Assembly: GCA_019347715.1 (NCBI GenBank)
Contig: JAHWKU010000009.1
Span: 80-64,079 of the forward strand
DNA from: Actinomycetota bacterium
GTDB taxonomy: Bacteria; Actinomycetota; CADDZG01; JAHWKV01
Reading direction: 5' to 3'
DNA length: 64,000 nt
The notes below the pieces were generated by a model, which saw only the letters and a program-made list of their open reading frames with translations, was not told where the DNA came from and made no database searches. Each line of letters begins with the position of its first letter. Position 1 is the first letter of the stretch. Shown here in pieces: positions 44,447-53,456 of this stretch. A program made the translations under genes and the position numbers.

Positions 44447-45838
44447 ATGAAGAACCCCACGTCTGAACAGGCAACCGAGCTGCTCGAGAAGGTGTGCTCG
44501 AATCGCAACATTCCCGGGGCCTCCCTGGGCGTCATGGTCGACGGACAGGTAGTCGCGAAGGCCACGTTCGGCCTCGCACACGCCGGCACTGGGCTGCCGG
44601 TCTCCGACGACACGATCTTCCACGCGGGTTCGGTCGGGAAGGTCTACACCGCGACGGTCGTCATGACCCTGGTCGACGAAGGCAAGGTTGACCTCGACGC
44701 TCCCGTAAAGAGTTACATCAAAGACTTCGAGCTCGCCGATGCGAGGGCCACCGAATCCGTGACGATCAGACAGTTGCTCACTCATACATCCGATATCGAT
44801 GGTGACGCTCTCGACGAGGAGGGGAAGTACGGCCGCGGAGACGACTGCCTCGAGCGCTACGTCGCAGATATGAAGAACCTGCCGATGATCGCCGAGCCCG
44901 GGAGTCTCTGGTCCTATTGCAACAGCGGATACATCTTGCTCGGAAGACTGATCGAAGTACTTACAGGAACGACCTTCGAGAACGCGATGTCCCAACGTCT
45001 CTTTCAACCACTTGGGCTGCAAAGGACCTTCTATTTCCCGGAACAGGTGCTCCCATACAGCGTCGCGGTCGGGCACTTGCCAAACCCCGGAGGAACTCCA
45101 ACCGTCTCGCCGGTTTGGGCCTTCAACCGTGCCGCTCATCCCGCGGGAGGAAACATCAGCACCACCATGGATGAATTCCTCGCGTTCGGACGGATGCACC
45201 TCGACGGCGGCGTCGCGCCCGACGGCACGAGAATCCTGTCCGAGGAATCCGTTCGGGCGATGCAGACACCCGCTGCTGGGTGTCCCGAGCCCGAGCTCTT
45301 GGGCGACCAGTGGGGGCTTGGCTGGTTCCTGCGTACCCAGAGCGGACCGACGATTGTCGCCCACGACGGCAATACGTTCGGCCAGACCGCGGGCCTGCGT
45401 ATAGTTCCCGACCGTAACGCGGCCTTCGGCATCTTGACCAATCTCAGCGGTCAGAACTACGCCTTCATGGACATCGCGCACGAACTGATCGATCCCTGGT
45501 TGGATACGAAGACACCGGGAAAGCCCCAAGCCTCCGGCCCTGCATCCACGGCCGACGCGGACCGTTTCATCGGTCTGTACGAGAAGCTCGGCAGCCGAAT
45601 TCGAGTGAGCCTTCAGGAGGGGGTCCTCCACGCCACCCTCGAAGCCACGGGACCTCAGGCTCAGATGCAAGAGGCCAAACCCAAACCGCGATCGCTAAAG
45701 ATCGTTAGTGATGAGCGATTTCTCGTGCCTATCGAGGAGATAGGAGAGGAAATGCCACTTGCGTTCCTGCATCCGGATGCGAAGAACAAACCCCAGTACA
45801 TCCATATGGGAGGCAGAGCGTTCCCGCGAGTCGAATAA
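44447..45838 (+). CDS. Serine hydrolase, beta-lactamase/PBP4*-like family
   Basis: Start at MKNPTSE (ATG at 44447) after GGAGG. SxxK motif is HAGSVGKVYTA, with YCNSGY later on. The track ORF start at 44228 is antisense to TetR. Confidence 0.85.
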   Translation: MKNPTSEQATELLEKVCSNRNIPGASLGVMVDGQVVAKATFGLAHAGTGLPVSDDTIFHAGSVGKVYTATVVMTLVDEGKVDLDAPVKSYIKDFELADARATESVTIRQLLTHTSDIDGDALDEEGKYGRGDDCLERYVADMKNLPMIAEPGSLWSYCNSGYILLGRLIEVLTGTTFENAMSQRLFQPLGLQRTFYFPEQVLPYSVAVGHLPNPGGTPTVSPVWAFNRAAHPAGGNISTTMDEFLAFGRMHLDGGVAPDGTRILSEESVRAMQTPAAGCPEPELLGDQWGLGWFLRTQSGPTIVAHDGNTFGQTAGLRIVPDRNAAFGILTNLSGQNYAFMDIAHELIDPWLDTKTPGKPQASGPASTADADRFIGLYEKLGSRIRVSLQEGVLHATLEATGPQAQMQEAKPKPRSLKIVSDERFLVPIEEIGEEMPLAFLHPDAKNKPQYIHMGGRAFPRVE

Positions 45839-45860
45839 CGTGAGCCGGAACGCTCGCGCT

Positions 45861-46760
45861 ATGAAAGTTGGGGTCTTCCTCCCTCCCCTCGAGAATGCCT
45901 ACGAGGATGGCGGCACCGTCCGCTGGGCCGACCTCGCCGAAATGGCGCGCCTCGCGGAGGACGTCGGGTTCGATTCCGTTTGGGTGCCCGACCATTTCCT
46001 CTTTCGATTCCCCGGCGTGACGACGTTCGGCGTATGGGAGTGTTGGTCGCTTGTGTCCGCCCTTGCAGCCGTCACCAATAGGTTGGAGATCGGCACGATG
46101 GTAAGCGTGACGCTATGGCGATCGCCCGGGCTCCTCGCCAAGATTCTGGACACGGTTGACGAGATCAGCGGGGGCCGGATCATCGCAGGATTGGGGGCGG
46201 GTTCACACGAGGCTGAGTTCCCGGCTTTTGGCTATCAGGATTGGAACCGCCGCGTCACGCGCTTCGAAGAAGAGATCGCCATCCTCCACACTTTGCTTAA
46301 GACCGGGCGTGTCGACCATGTCGGACGGTTTCACACGCTGAAGGAATGCGAACTACGGCCGCGCGGCCCCCGTGACGAGGGACCGCCGATCATGATCGGC
46401 GCTCGCGAACCACGGATGATCCGAATCGCCGCGACCTACGCCGACGAGTGGAACATCCCGTGGCGAAATGACGTCAGCGAGTTGATTGCCGAATCGGCCA
46501 AGGGTGACGACGCGTGTCGAGAAGTGGGACGAGATCCGGCCACTCTGCGCCGCTCCGCCTGCCTGCACGTCGATTTGCCGAATCGTGACGACTACCCCGG
46601 CTCTGAGCTCCTGCGACAGGGCCGCGTAGGCGCGCTGAAGGGCAACAGTGAGGAACTCGCCGAGACCTTGACGAGTTATGCCGATGCCGGGATCTCGATG
46701 TCCAGTTGTGGCTCGATCCAGCCAATGTGGCGGGCATCGAGGCCTTCGCGCCAGTACTGA
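45861..46760 (+). CDS. LLM-class (luciferase-like) flavin/F420-dependent oxidoreductase, probably frameshifted near 46695
   Basis: MKVGVFLPPLEN...GFDSVWVPDHFLF...GRIIAGLGAGSHEAEF. After ...YADAGIS the family-like tail DVQLWLDPANVAGIEAFAPVLTMLKE continues in another frame (46697..46792). Confidence 0.7.
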   Translation: MKVGVFLPPLENAYEDGGTVRWADLAEMARLAEDVGFDSVWVPDHFLFRFPGVTTFGVWECWSLVSALAAVTNRLEIGTMVSVTLWRSPGLLAKILDTVDEISGGRIIAGLGAGSHEAEFPAFGYQDWNRRVTRFEEEIAILHTLLKTGRVDHVGRFHTLKECELRPRGPRDEGPPIMIGAREPRMIRIAATYADEWNIPWRNDVSELIAESAKGDDACREVGRDPATLRRSACLHVDLPNRDDYPGSELLRQGRVGALKGNSEELAETLTSYADAGISMSSCGSIQPMWRASRPSRQY

Positions 46761-46794
46761 CGATGCTAAAGGAGTCGAGATCTACGAGGTAGAG

Positions 46795-47221
46795 ATGGAT
46801 CCCCTTGTCGTCGGTTTCACCGATCTGGTGGGCTTCACCGCTCTCAGCCGCGGCTTGGACGACCAGGGACTCCGAGATGTAATCGAACGTTTTGAAGTAA
46901 TGGCGCATGGCGCCAACTCGCCCGGCGGAGGCCGGCTGGTGAAGATGATCGGAGACGAAGTGATGTTCGTTGTCGAGGATCCCTGCGCCGCCGCAGAGAT
47001 TGGGCTGAGGCTTTCGGATGCCTTTTCCGAGGACGAGTCCATGCCACCGCATCGTCGCCGTCGCCCGAAGGGGGACAGTCCTGATCTCCGACGAACTACG
47101 CCGTGCCATCGAGTCCGATGAGCGGTTTTTCGTGAGGCGCATCCCATCACGGACTCTCAAAGGATTGGGCCGGGTGCGGCTCTGGGCGTTGCGCCCGGCA
47201 ACGGATCCGACTCAGTCGTAG
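46795..47221 (+). pseudogene. Class III adenylate/guanylate cyclase relic (frameshift plus internal deletion)
   Basis: Frame 1 reads MDPLVVGFTDLVGFTALS...GGRLVKMIGDEVMFVVEDP...SEDESMPP. Frame 2 continues RIVAVARRGTVLISDELRRAI...LKGLGRVRLWALR. The GD-x-FG-x-x-VN-x-ASR block expected between them is missing. Confidence 0.55.
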
Positions 47222-47276
47222 ACCGCTCTCAGCATTCACTCGTCGGGGCCCACAAATCTGCGCAGAAGCGTTTTCG

Positions 47277-48728
47277 TTGCTCGACGAAGTCATCGGCGAC
47301 TCTTCAGCTCAGTATGGGCTCGTGCCTCTATCTAACGATGACTTCGCTGCGAAGTTGCGAGAGCTCGCGGAACAGCACGAAGTTCCCGGGGTTGCCGCAG
47401 GAATATTCCTAGCAGGCGAAGAGCATTATGCCTTTCACGGCGTCACGAGCGTCGAAAACCCTCTGCCGGTGGGCGAGTCCACCCTGTTCGGAATCGGTTC
47501 TACCGGCAAGACCTTCACTGCGACCGCCATCATGCGGTTGGTCGAGGAGGGGCGCGTCGATCTGAATGCTCCGGTTCGCACGTACATTCCACAGCTGAAG
47601 CTCAAGGATGAGAAAGTCGCCCGTGAGGTCACCGTCCTGCATCTGCTCAACCACACGGCCGGATGGCAAGGAGATTTCTTTACCGACACGGGCCAAGGCG
47701 ACGACGCCCTCGAACGCTTTGTCGAGAGGATGTCGGAACTCGAGCAAGAAGCACCTCTCGGTAGCGCCGTGTCCTACAACAACGCATCTTTATCACTGGC
47801 AGGCCGAGTCATCGAGAAGGTCACCGGCCGGACCTACGAGAACGCAATCCAGGACATGGTCCTCGAACCTTTGGGCTTGCAGCACACCTTCTTCTTCCCA
47901 AGGGACATCATGACTCGCCGGTTCGCAGTAGGTCACAACAAAAAAGAAGACGGAACGATCAAAGTAGCGCGACCCTACGGGGAAGCGCGGGGAGGCAATC
48001 CCGCTGGGGCCAACATTGCTTCCACCGCGGCCGATCAGATCGCGTGGGCCAGGTTTCACATGGGAGATGGCCGCGCGCCCGACGGCACACAGCTGCTGTC
48101 GAAGCGGTCTCTGAAAGAGATGCAGCGATCCACCGTCGATACCCCCGGGAGCGCTCTGGGCGACCACATCGGAATCTCATGGATGCTTCGCGCTGTCGAA
48201 GATGTGCCGCTTGTCAGTCACGGCGGATCCACCTTCGGGCTTTATTCGGAGTTCGTCATGGCGCCCGAGCGGGAGTTCGCTATTACGAGCCTCACCAATT
48301 GCGGCCCCGGTGGACCGGAGTTGAACGACGACCTCCTGCGCTGGGCGCTGGAGACTTGTTTGGGTGTGGTCGAGCCCGAGCTCGAGCCGGTGGAAGTGAA
48401 CGCGGACGAGCTTGCCCAGTACGCGGGCACCTATGAGACGATCGCTGCGGTGTGCGAAATCAGAGGAGACGCCGGAGGCCTGGTGCTCAAGGTTGAGCTG
48501 AGGCCGGAAGTGAAGGCACAGCTAAGTGAGCAGGGCGAAGAAGTTGAGGAGTCCCCCCCGTTTCGACTCGGTCTTCTGCCGGGCGCCGGTGATCGCTACG
48601 TCGTCACCGATGGACCCGCTAAGGGAATGAAAGGGTCATTCATTCGCGGCCCCTCGGGGGCCGTCGAGAGCGTGCACATCGGAGGCAGGCTCGCTACCCG
48701 TACCTCCCACATCGGAGCGCTGAGCTAG
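47277..48728 (+). CDS. Serine hydrolase, beta-lactamase-like family (paralog of 44447..45838)
   Basis: SxxK motif GIGSTGKTFTA and YNNASL, 483 aa, with the same domain order as the first copy. Confidence 0.85.
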   Translation: MLDEVIGDSSAQYGLVPLSNDDFAAKLRELAEQHEVPGVAAGIFLAGEEHYAFHGVTSVENPLPVGESTLFGIGSTGKTFTATAIMRLVEEGRVDLNAPVRTYIPQLKLKDEKVAREVTVLHLLNHTAGWQGDFFTDTGQGDDALERFVERMSELEQEAPLGSAVSYNNASLSLAGRVIEKVTGRTYENAIQDMVLEPLGLQHTFFFPRDIMTRRFAVGHNKKEDGTIKVARPYGEARGGNPAGANIASTAADQIAWARFHMGDGRAPDGTQLLSKRSLKEMQRSTVDTPGSALGDHIGISWMLRAVEDVPLVSHGGSTFGLYSEFVMAPEREFAITSLTNCGPGGPELNDDLLRWALETCLGVVEPELEPVEVNADELAQYAGTYETIAAVCEIRGDAGGLVLKVELRPEVKAQLSEQGEEVEESPPFRLGLLPGAGDRYVVTDGPAKGMKGSFIRGPSGAVESVHIGGRLATRTSHIGALS

Positions 48729-48743
48729 AACTAGGTCGGGCTA

Positions 48744-48950
48744 CTATCCCACGCGGCGGTCTTCCACCACAGTGGCTCGGCGGGGCCGCCAGACGAAAAT
48801 CGACAGGAATAGCCCGAGCGCGCCGGCGATCATGAGGATGACGCCAACCGTGTCCATGTTCAAGCCCCCCCACGTCGCATCCATGGCGAAGAAGAAGATC
48901 GCTCCGAGAACAAGCAGAAAAATGCTTCCACCGATGGTCATGCCTTCCAC
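48744..48950 (-). CDS. Small two-TM membrane protein (DUF6458-like)
   Basis: MTIGGSIFLLVLGAIFFFA...VGVILMIAGALGLFLSIFVW. 68 aa, or 65 aa from the second Met. Confidence 0.6.
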   Translation of the reverse strand: MEGMTIGGSIFLLVLGAIFFFAMDATWGGLNMDTVGVILMIAGALGLFLSIFVWRPRRATVVEDRRVG

Positions 48951-49081
48951 CTCCTTGCCCTGCTATTTAGATGCCCAGAGTCGAGGAGCTCAAACGTAGC
49001 CGTCGGTTCGCCGGATCGTCCAGGGAGTTGTGTGGCCTAAACCATGTTTCGTCCGAACCTCTGACTGGGTATGGCCCGAGC

Positions 49082-50077
49082 ATGGGATTAGAGAACAAGG
49101 TCGTGGTTGTCACCGGGGCGTCAGCTGGCGTTGGCCGTGCCTGCGTGAGACGGTTCGCTCGTAAGGGAGCCCGATTGTGCGTGATTGCCCGCGGGTCGGA
49201 AGGACTGTCTGCAGCCAGAGCGGAGGCAGAAACCCTTGGTGCGAGAGTGATCGAAGTCGAAGCTGATGTCTCTGACTCGGAAGCTGTCGAGGAGGCCGCT
49301 CAACGATGCGAAGCCGAGTTGGGGCCAATCGATATATGGGTGAACAATGCAATGGTTTCCGTCTTCTCGCCGTTCAAAGAGATGACCCCCGAGGGATTCC
49401 GGCGGGTCACCGATGTGACATATCACGGCTATGTATACGGGACCATGGCGGCTCTCAAGAGAATGCTGCCTCGCGATTCAGGAGTGATCGTGCAGGTAGG
49501 GTCGGCTCTGGCCTATCGTGGCATCCCGCTGCAGAGCGCCTATTGCGGAGCCAAGCATGCCATCCAGGGATTCAGCGAATCCCTTCGTTGCGAGCTCCTT
49601 CATGACCGCAGCGGGGTGTCAATAACGTCAGTTCACCTGCCGGCAATGAACACTCCTCAATTTGTATGGGTGAGGAGCCGGCTTCCGCGGCATCCTCAGC
49701 CGGTTCCGCCGATCTACCAGCCAAAAATCGCCGCCCGCGCTATCGAATGGGCCGCCCTGCACCCGCAGCGACGAGAATTGATGGTTGGGTGGCCCACAGT
49801 GGGCGCAATCGTCGCCGACAAGTTCTTTGCAGGTTTGCTCGATCGGTACCTAGCCCGAACGGGTTTCGATTCGCAGCAGACTGACGACCTTTCGGTCGAA
49901 GGGCGATTCGACAATCTCTTCGAACCCGTCACCGAGGATCAGGGAGCGAGAGGTCCATTTAGTGAGAGGGCTAAAGAGCGAAGCTGGCAGCTGGCCCTGA
50001 CAACGCACCGCCGGGAGATTCTCGTGGCCGCAGGACTTGCTGGGATCGCTGCAGCCACCCTTCGCCGAAACCGATGA
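49082..50077 (+). CDS. Short-chain dehydrogenase/reductase (SDR)
   Basis: Start at MGLENKVVVVTGASAGVGRA (ATG at 49082), with NNAM and YCGAKHA (YxxxK). The C-terminal extension ends in a hydrophobic helix. Confidence 0.85.
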   Translation: MGLENKVVVVTGASAGVGRACVRRFARKGARLCVIARGSEGLSAARAEAETLGARVIEVEADVSDSEAVEEAAQRCEAELGPIDIWVNNAMVSVFSPFKEMTPEGFRRVTDVTYHGYVYGTMAALKRMLPRDSGVIVQVGSALAYRGIPLQSAYCGAKHAIQGFSESLRCELLHDRSGVSITSVHLPAMNTPQFVWVRSRLPRHPQPVPPIYQPKIAARAIEWAALHPQRRELMVGWPTVGAIVADKFFAGLLDRYLARTGFDSQQTDDLSVEGRFDNLFEPVTEDQGARGPFSERAKERSWQLALTTHRREILVAAGLAGIAAATLRRNR

Positions 50078-50640
50078 ATGACGAGGCCACCCCTAAGGGA
50101 TGGTCCTATAACCCCTCATCTTGGCCACAAAGGCTCCCCATCGTCGGGCTGGCACTTATCGGGACCGCAGTAGCGGCCTATCTCGCCGCTTATCAACTTC
50201 GATGGATCGACACTGTCTGGGAACCATTCTTCGGCAATGGGAGCATTCGTATCCTGAATTCAAAGGTCTCTCACATTCTTCCGATCCCGGATGCAGCGCT
50301 TGGGGCAGCAGGGTACTTTCTGGACGCGGTAACGGGACTTATAGGATCCCGCGACCGTTGGCGTTCCCTTCCATGGATGGTGGTCCTGTTCGGGATCGCC
50401 GTGGGTCCGCTGGGTGCAATCAGCGTACTCCTGGTCATTCTTCAACCAGTCATGTTCGATGCCTTCTGCACCCTTTGCCTTGCCTCGGCTGTTATCTCCG
50501 TTCTCATGATCGGGCCGGCAATGGACGAGGTCCTCGCGAGCCTTCAGTATGTCAAGGGTGAGGCGGCGCGAGGATCGTGGTGGCGCGCGTTTTGGGGAAT
50601 GCAGCAGAACAAGTCTCGCAAAGGCGCTCTGACGAGATGA
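50074..50640 (+). CDS. Vitamin K epoxide reductase (VKOR)-like membrane protein
   Basis: 4-5 TM helices, WEPFFGNGS, and a CTLC (CxxC) within a TM. ATGA overlap with the SDR gene. Confidence 0.65.
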   Translation: MNDEATPKGWSYNPSSWPQRLPIVGLALIGTAVAAYLAAYQLRWIDTVWEPFFGNGSIRILNSKVSHILPIPDAALGAAGYFLDAVTGLIGSRDRWRSLPWMVVLFGIAVGPLGAISVLLVILQPVMFDAFCTLCLASAVISVLMIGPAMDEVLASLQYVKGEAARGSWWRAFWGMQQNKSRKGALTR

Positions 50641-51002
50641 TCTGGCAGCTGGGTGCGGCCGGGGTGGGCATTGTGGTCATGACCTTGCCGGCCGTTTTGG
50701 AGATCACTGGCCCCTTGGCGGACCTGGATTGGATCGTCGGACCAATCATCACTGCTATGGCGGTCATCGCCGCCGCGGAAGTTGCACGCTCGCTTCGGTG
50801 GGTCAATATTCTCACCGCGATAGTGCTGCTAGCCGGCGGTCTTTTGTGGGGGAAGCAAGTCTCGAGCCTCATCCACGCAGGTTTGGCCGTCGCGCTGATG
50901 ATCTTGAGTGTTCCGCGGGGGCGCCGTCGTCAATCGTTTGGCTCCGGATGGAGAGGTTTATTCCACTCGCCCTCCTCCACTCGAGAAGGCACAACCTCTT
51001 GA
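50637..51002 (+). CDS. Hypothetical 4-TM membrane protein
   Basis: MIWQLGAAGVGIVVMTLPAV..., with an ATGA overlap onto the VKOR-like gene. The track start at 50577 lies inside the upstream gene. Confidence 0.55.
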   Translation: MIWQLGAAGVGIVVMTLPAVLEITGPLADLDWIVGPIITAMAVIAAAEVARSLRWVNILTAIVLLAGGLLWGKQVSSLIHAGLAVALMILSVPRGRRRQSFGSGWRGLFHSPSSTREGTTS

Positions 51003-51079
51003 GATACTGTTCGAGTACTGGCGGCGGTATCACTAGGCACATACAGACGCTGCGGGCCGGGAGGTAATACAACACATAG

Positions 51080-51484
51080 ATGAACTTCAAGATAGTAGCC
51101 GTAGTCCTCGTGGTACTTGCTGTGGCTCCATCCTGTGCCCGGGAGGAAGCTCGAGAAGAAGCATCCCCAACCCGGCCGCTTCCGGTTTGGATCGAGCACG
51201 TTCAACCTGAACCTGGACAGCAGGTGTCCGCGGCCCGGGTGGTCGAGGTACGACACCGGGTGAGCGCGGAGAGTGAGCTTGTGAGACTGGAATTGGATGG
51301 AGTCGACGTCACGTCATTCGCGAGGCTGGCTCCCGGAGTCATCCACTACGATTCGATGGAATCCACGGCACCAGTTCGGTTGGAGCCTGGTCGTCACAGC
51401 GCGATTGTTGAACATGTCCGGCTTACCGAAGAGGGGACCCAGCAGGTATTGGATTCTTTCACCTGGTCCTTCGAGATTCTCTAG
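51080..51484 (+). CDS. Hypothetical secreted/lipoprotein
   Basis: Signal peptide MNFKIVAVVLVVLAVAPSC with a lipobox-like Cys. Confidence 0.55.
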   Translation: MNFKIVAVVLVVLAVAPSCAREEAREEASPTRPLPVWIEHVQPEPGQQVSAARVVEVRHRVSAESELVRLELDGVDVTSFARLAPGVIHYDSMESTAPVRLEPGRHSAIVEHVRLTEEGTQQVLDSFTWSFEIL

Positions 51485-51565
51485 AGACTCTCTGCGCATG
51501 CCCATTGACGGGGCCCTTTAGACCTGACATGTTCCTTTAGTCCGAATTAGGACTCGGGAGGTGCC

Positions 51566-52180
51566 ATGACGAAGCTATTTTCAATTAGACCCGGAGTCAC
51601 GCTCAAAGGACGCGAGTTCAAGGGTTTGAGAGGATGGGCCGGCAAGCCCTTCCACCCGCCGTTCACTGACTTTCCGATTGTCGGCTACATCTTTGCCGGG
51701 ATATTCGATGTCTTGTCATTCCTTCTGCGAGCCCGATCGGGGGATCTATCCAGGGATCTATACGTCGCGGCAACGTACGCCATGAGCGCCGGCGCGATCG
51801 CCTCGGTCGCGACGATCGTTACCGGCTTCTGGGACTGGTGGAAAGGCATAGACCGGGAGAAAACGGGACCTCTGGGGAAGGCGAAACATACTCAGGTCTG
51901 GCGCACCATCAACTGGCACGCGACCGTGATGGTCGTAGTCTCGGCGATCGTTGTTGTCGATCTCATCCTGCGATGGACAAACTACAATGCGCTGAGCGCG
52001 GACGTCGGGGTTATGGCCCTATCGGTCGCCGCAGCGTTGCTTGTCTCCTTCGGTTCCTTTTATGGGGGAGAGCTAGTTTTCGACTTTCAGTTCAACGTCG
52101 AGAGCCTCGAGGGATCTACGGCTTGGGACGAAACCGAAGTCGACCAGCTCCCGGCTGACAGGCCTCAGAGCGAGTGGTGA
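51566..52180 (+). CDS. DUF2231-like membrane protein
   Basis: HPPFTDFPIVGYIF plus 4 TM helices and an acidic tail. Confidence 0.6.
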   Translation: MTKLFSIRPGVTLKGREFKGLRGWAGKPFHPPFTDFPIVGYIFAGIFDVLSFLLRARSGDLSRDLYVAATYAMSAGAIASVATIVTGFWDWWKGIDREKTGPLGKAKHTQVWRTINWHATVMVVVSAIVVVDLILRWTNYNALSADVGVMALSVAAALLVSFGSFYGGELVFDFQFNVESLEGSTAWDETEVDQLPADRPQSEW

Positions 52181-52989
52181 TTCCTCTCGAACCGGTATCT
52201 GAGAAACAAGTAGGATCCGCTCCTTCGGACTGAAGCCAACTTCCCTGATACTTCAGCATTGGGAAGGAACTCCAAACCATCTACGAATCCAGGTCGCGGT
52301 TCGTTTGCTCTTCCCGCGACTCGTGGCGAAGACGTCAGGAACAGCTCATCGACAAGTCCTGCCCCCATCAACTGGGCGAATAGCTCCGGTCCCGCCTCAC
52401 TAAGTACGCTCCCGAAGCCCTCAGAGTGCAGGAATCGTTGAAGTTCCTTCGGATCGAGCCGCGAGCCGCTCCCAAGGACTTCGACCCGGCATGTCTTCGG
52501 CAGCGTCACTGAAAGGTCTTTGGCCGTTTGCTCATTCGTTAGAAAGATGGCACCCCTCTCGAGCGCCGGGTGAGAAGGAGGGATCTTGCCGCTGGCCGTC
52601 AAGACGATCAAGGCGGGATGCGTAGACCTCTTCAGTTGTCCTCGAAGCTTTTGGAAGTCCTCCGCCAGCGCTGGATAAACGTAATCGGCCGTCCACAGGT
52701 GGCCCTCAGCATTCCTCATGGTCCCTGCGCCAATTACGACCGCATCGGCCAGGGCTCTCAGTAAACCCATGACGAATCGATCGGCTTCGCTCTTACCGCT
52801 CAGCACCACGGGAGAGTCCTTGATTTTAGGAAGGGCAGCCACGCCATCTAGGGAAGTGACAAAGTTTGCGTACGTGAGCGGCCCATCGAATCCTATGGAG
52901 CCACCGTATAAGTCTCTCAGCGAAGGGGGCAGATCCAGTTCGGGTAATCCCTGCTCTTCAAACAGGACTTCCAGACCTTGAAAGGTCAC
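52165..52989 (-). CDS. RibD C-terminal domain / dihydrofolate-reductase-like pyrimidine reductase family
   Basis: ANFVTSLDGVAAL...SEADRFVMGLLRALADAVVIGAGTMR...ELFLTSSPRVAG. Confidence 0.8.
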   Translation of the reverse strand: MTFQGLEVLFEEQGLPELDLPPSLRDLYGGSIGFDGPLTYANFVTSLDGVAALPKIKDSPVVLSGKSEADRFVMGLLRALADAVVIGAGTMRNAEGHLWTADYVYPALAEDFQKLRGQLKRSTHPALIVLTASGKIPPSHPALERGAIFLTNEQTAKDLSVTLPKTCRVEVLGSGSRLDPKELQRFLHSEGFGSVLSEAGPELFAQLMGAGLVDELFLTSSPRVAGRANEPRPGFVDGLEFLPNAEVSGKLASVRRSGSYLFLRYRFERNHHSL

Positions 52990-53456
52990 CCCAGTAACTC
53001 TCCGAACACAGGAATCGAAGCTCCGCTGATGAGTGCAGCATCATCACTGCAAAGGTAGGAGATAACGCTGGCAATATCTTCCGGAGACGCTGCTGCGGTA
53101 ACCAGCTTTTGCGGTAAGGACTCTCGGTTCGCCGGGGTATCGATGACTGCGGGAAGGATGGCATTCACGCGCACTCCTTTGTCTTTCAGCTCATGAGCGA
53201 GGACCTGCGTCACGCGCACGACGGCGGCTTTCGCCACCGAGTAAGCCGCCTCCCCGGTGCCGCCCGAGAGTGCCGACTTAGAGCCAACATTCAAGATGGC
53301 TCCTCCACCTGCTGCCACGAGCCGAGGGGCTCCCGACCTGCAAGATAGCCAGGCAGTAGTTAGGTTTACATCCATAACAAATCGGTAGTCTTCGGGACTT
53401 GTTGATATCAAGTCGCCCCCGCAGACTACGACTCCTTTTGGTGCGATCTCATTCAC
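52986..53456 (-). CDS. SDR C-terminal half only (lacks the TGxxxGxG Rossmann N-terminus)
   Basis: It begins about at the NNAG-equivalent (GVVVCGGDL...EDYRFVMDVNLTTAW). It has S...YSVAKAAV (catalytic Ser and YxxxK) and the PAVIDTP tail. It has 4-nt overlaps with folE upstream and RibD_C downstream. Confidence 0.65.
   Translation of the reverse strand: MNEIAPKGVVVCGGDLISTSPEDYRFVMDVNLTTAWLSCRSGAPRLVAAGGGAILNVGSKSALSGGTGEAAYSVAKAAVVRVTQVLAHELKDKGVRVNAILPAVIDTPANRESLPQKLVTAAASPEDIASVISYLCSDDAALISGASIPVFGELLG

Noticed and set aside
44390-45670. 426-aa minus-strand ORF
   Set aside because: It is entirely antisense to the serine-hydrolase gene, which has clear SxxK/YxN motifs. Long antisense ORFs are expected in GC-rich DNA. 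It has Arg/Gly/Val-rich composition and no recognisable motif.
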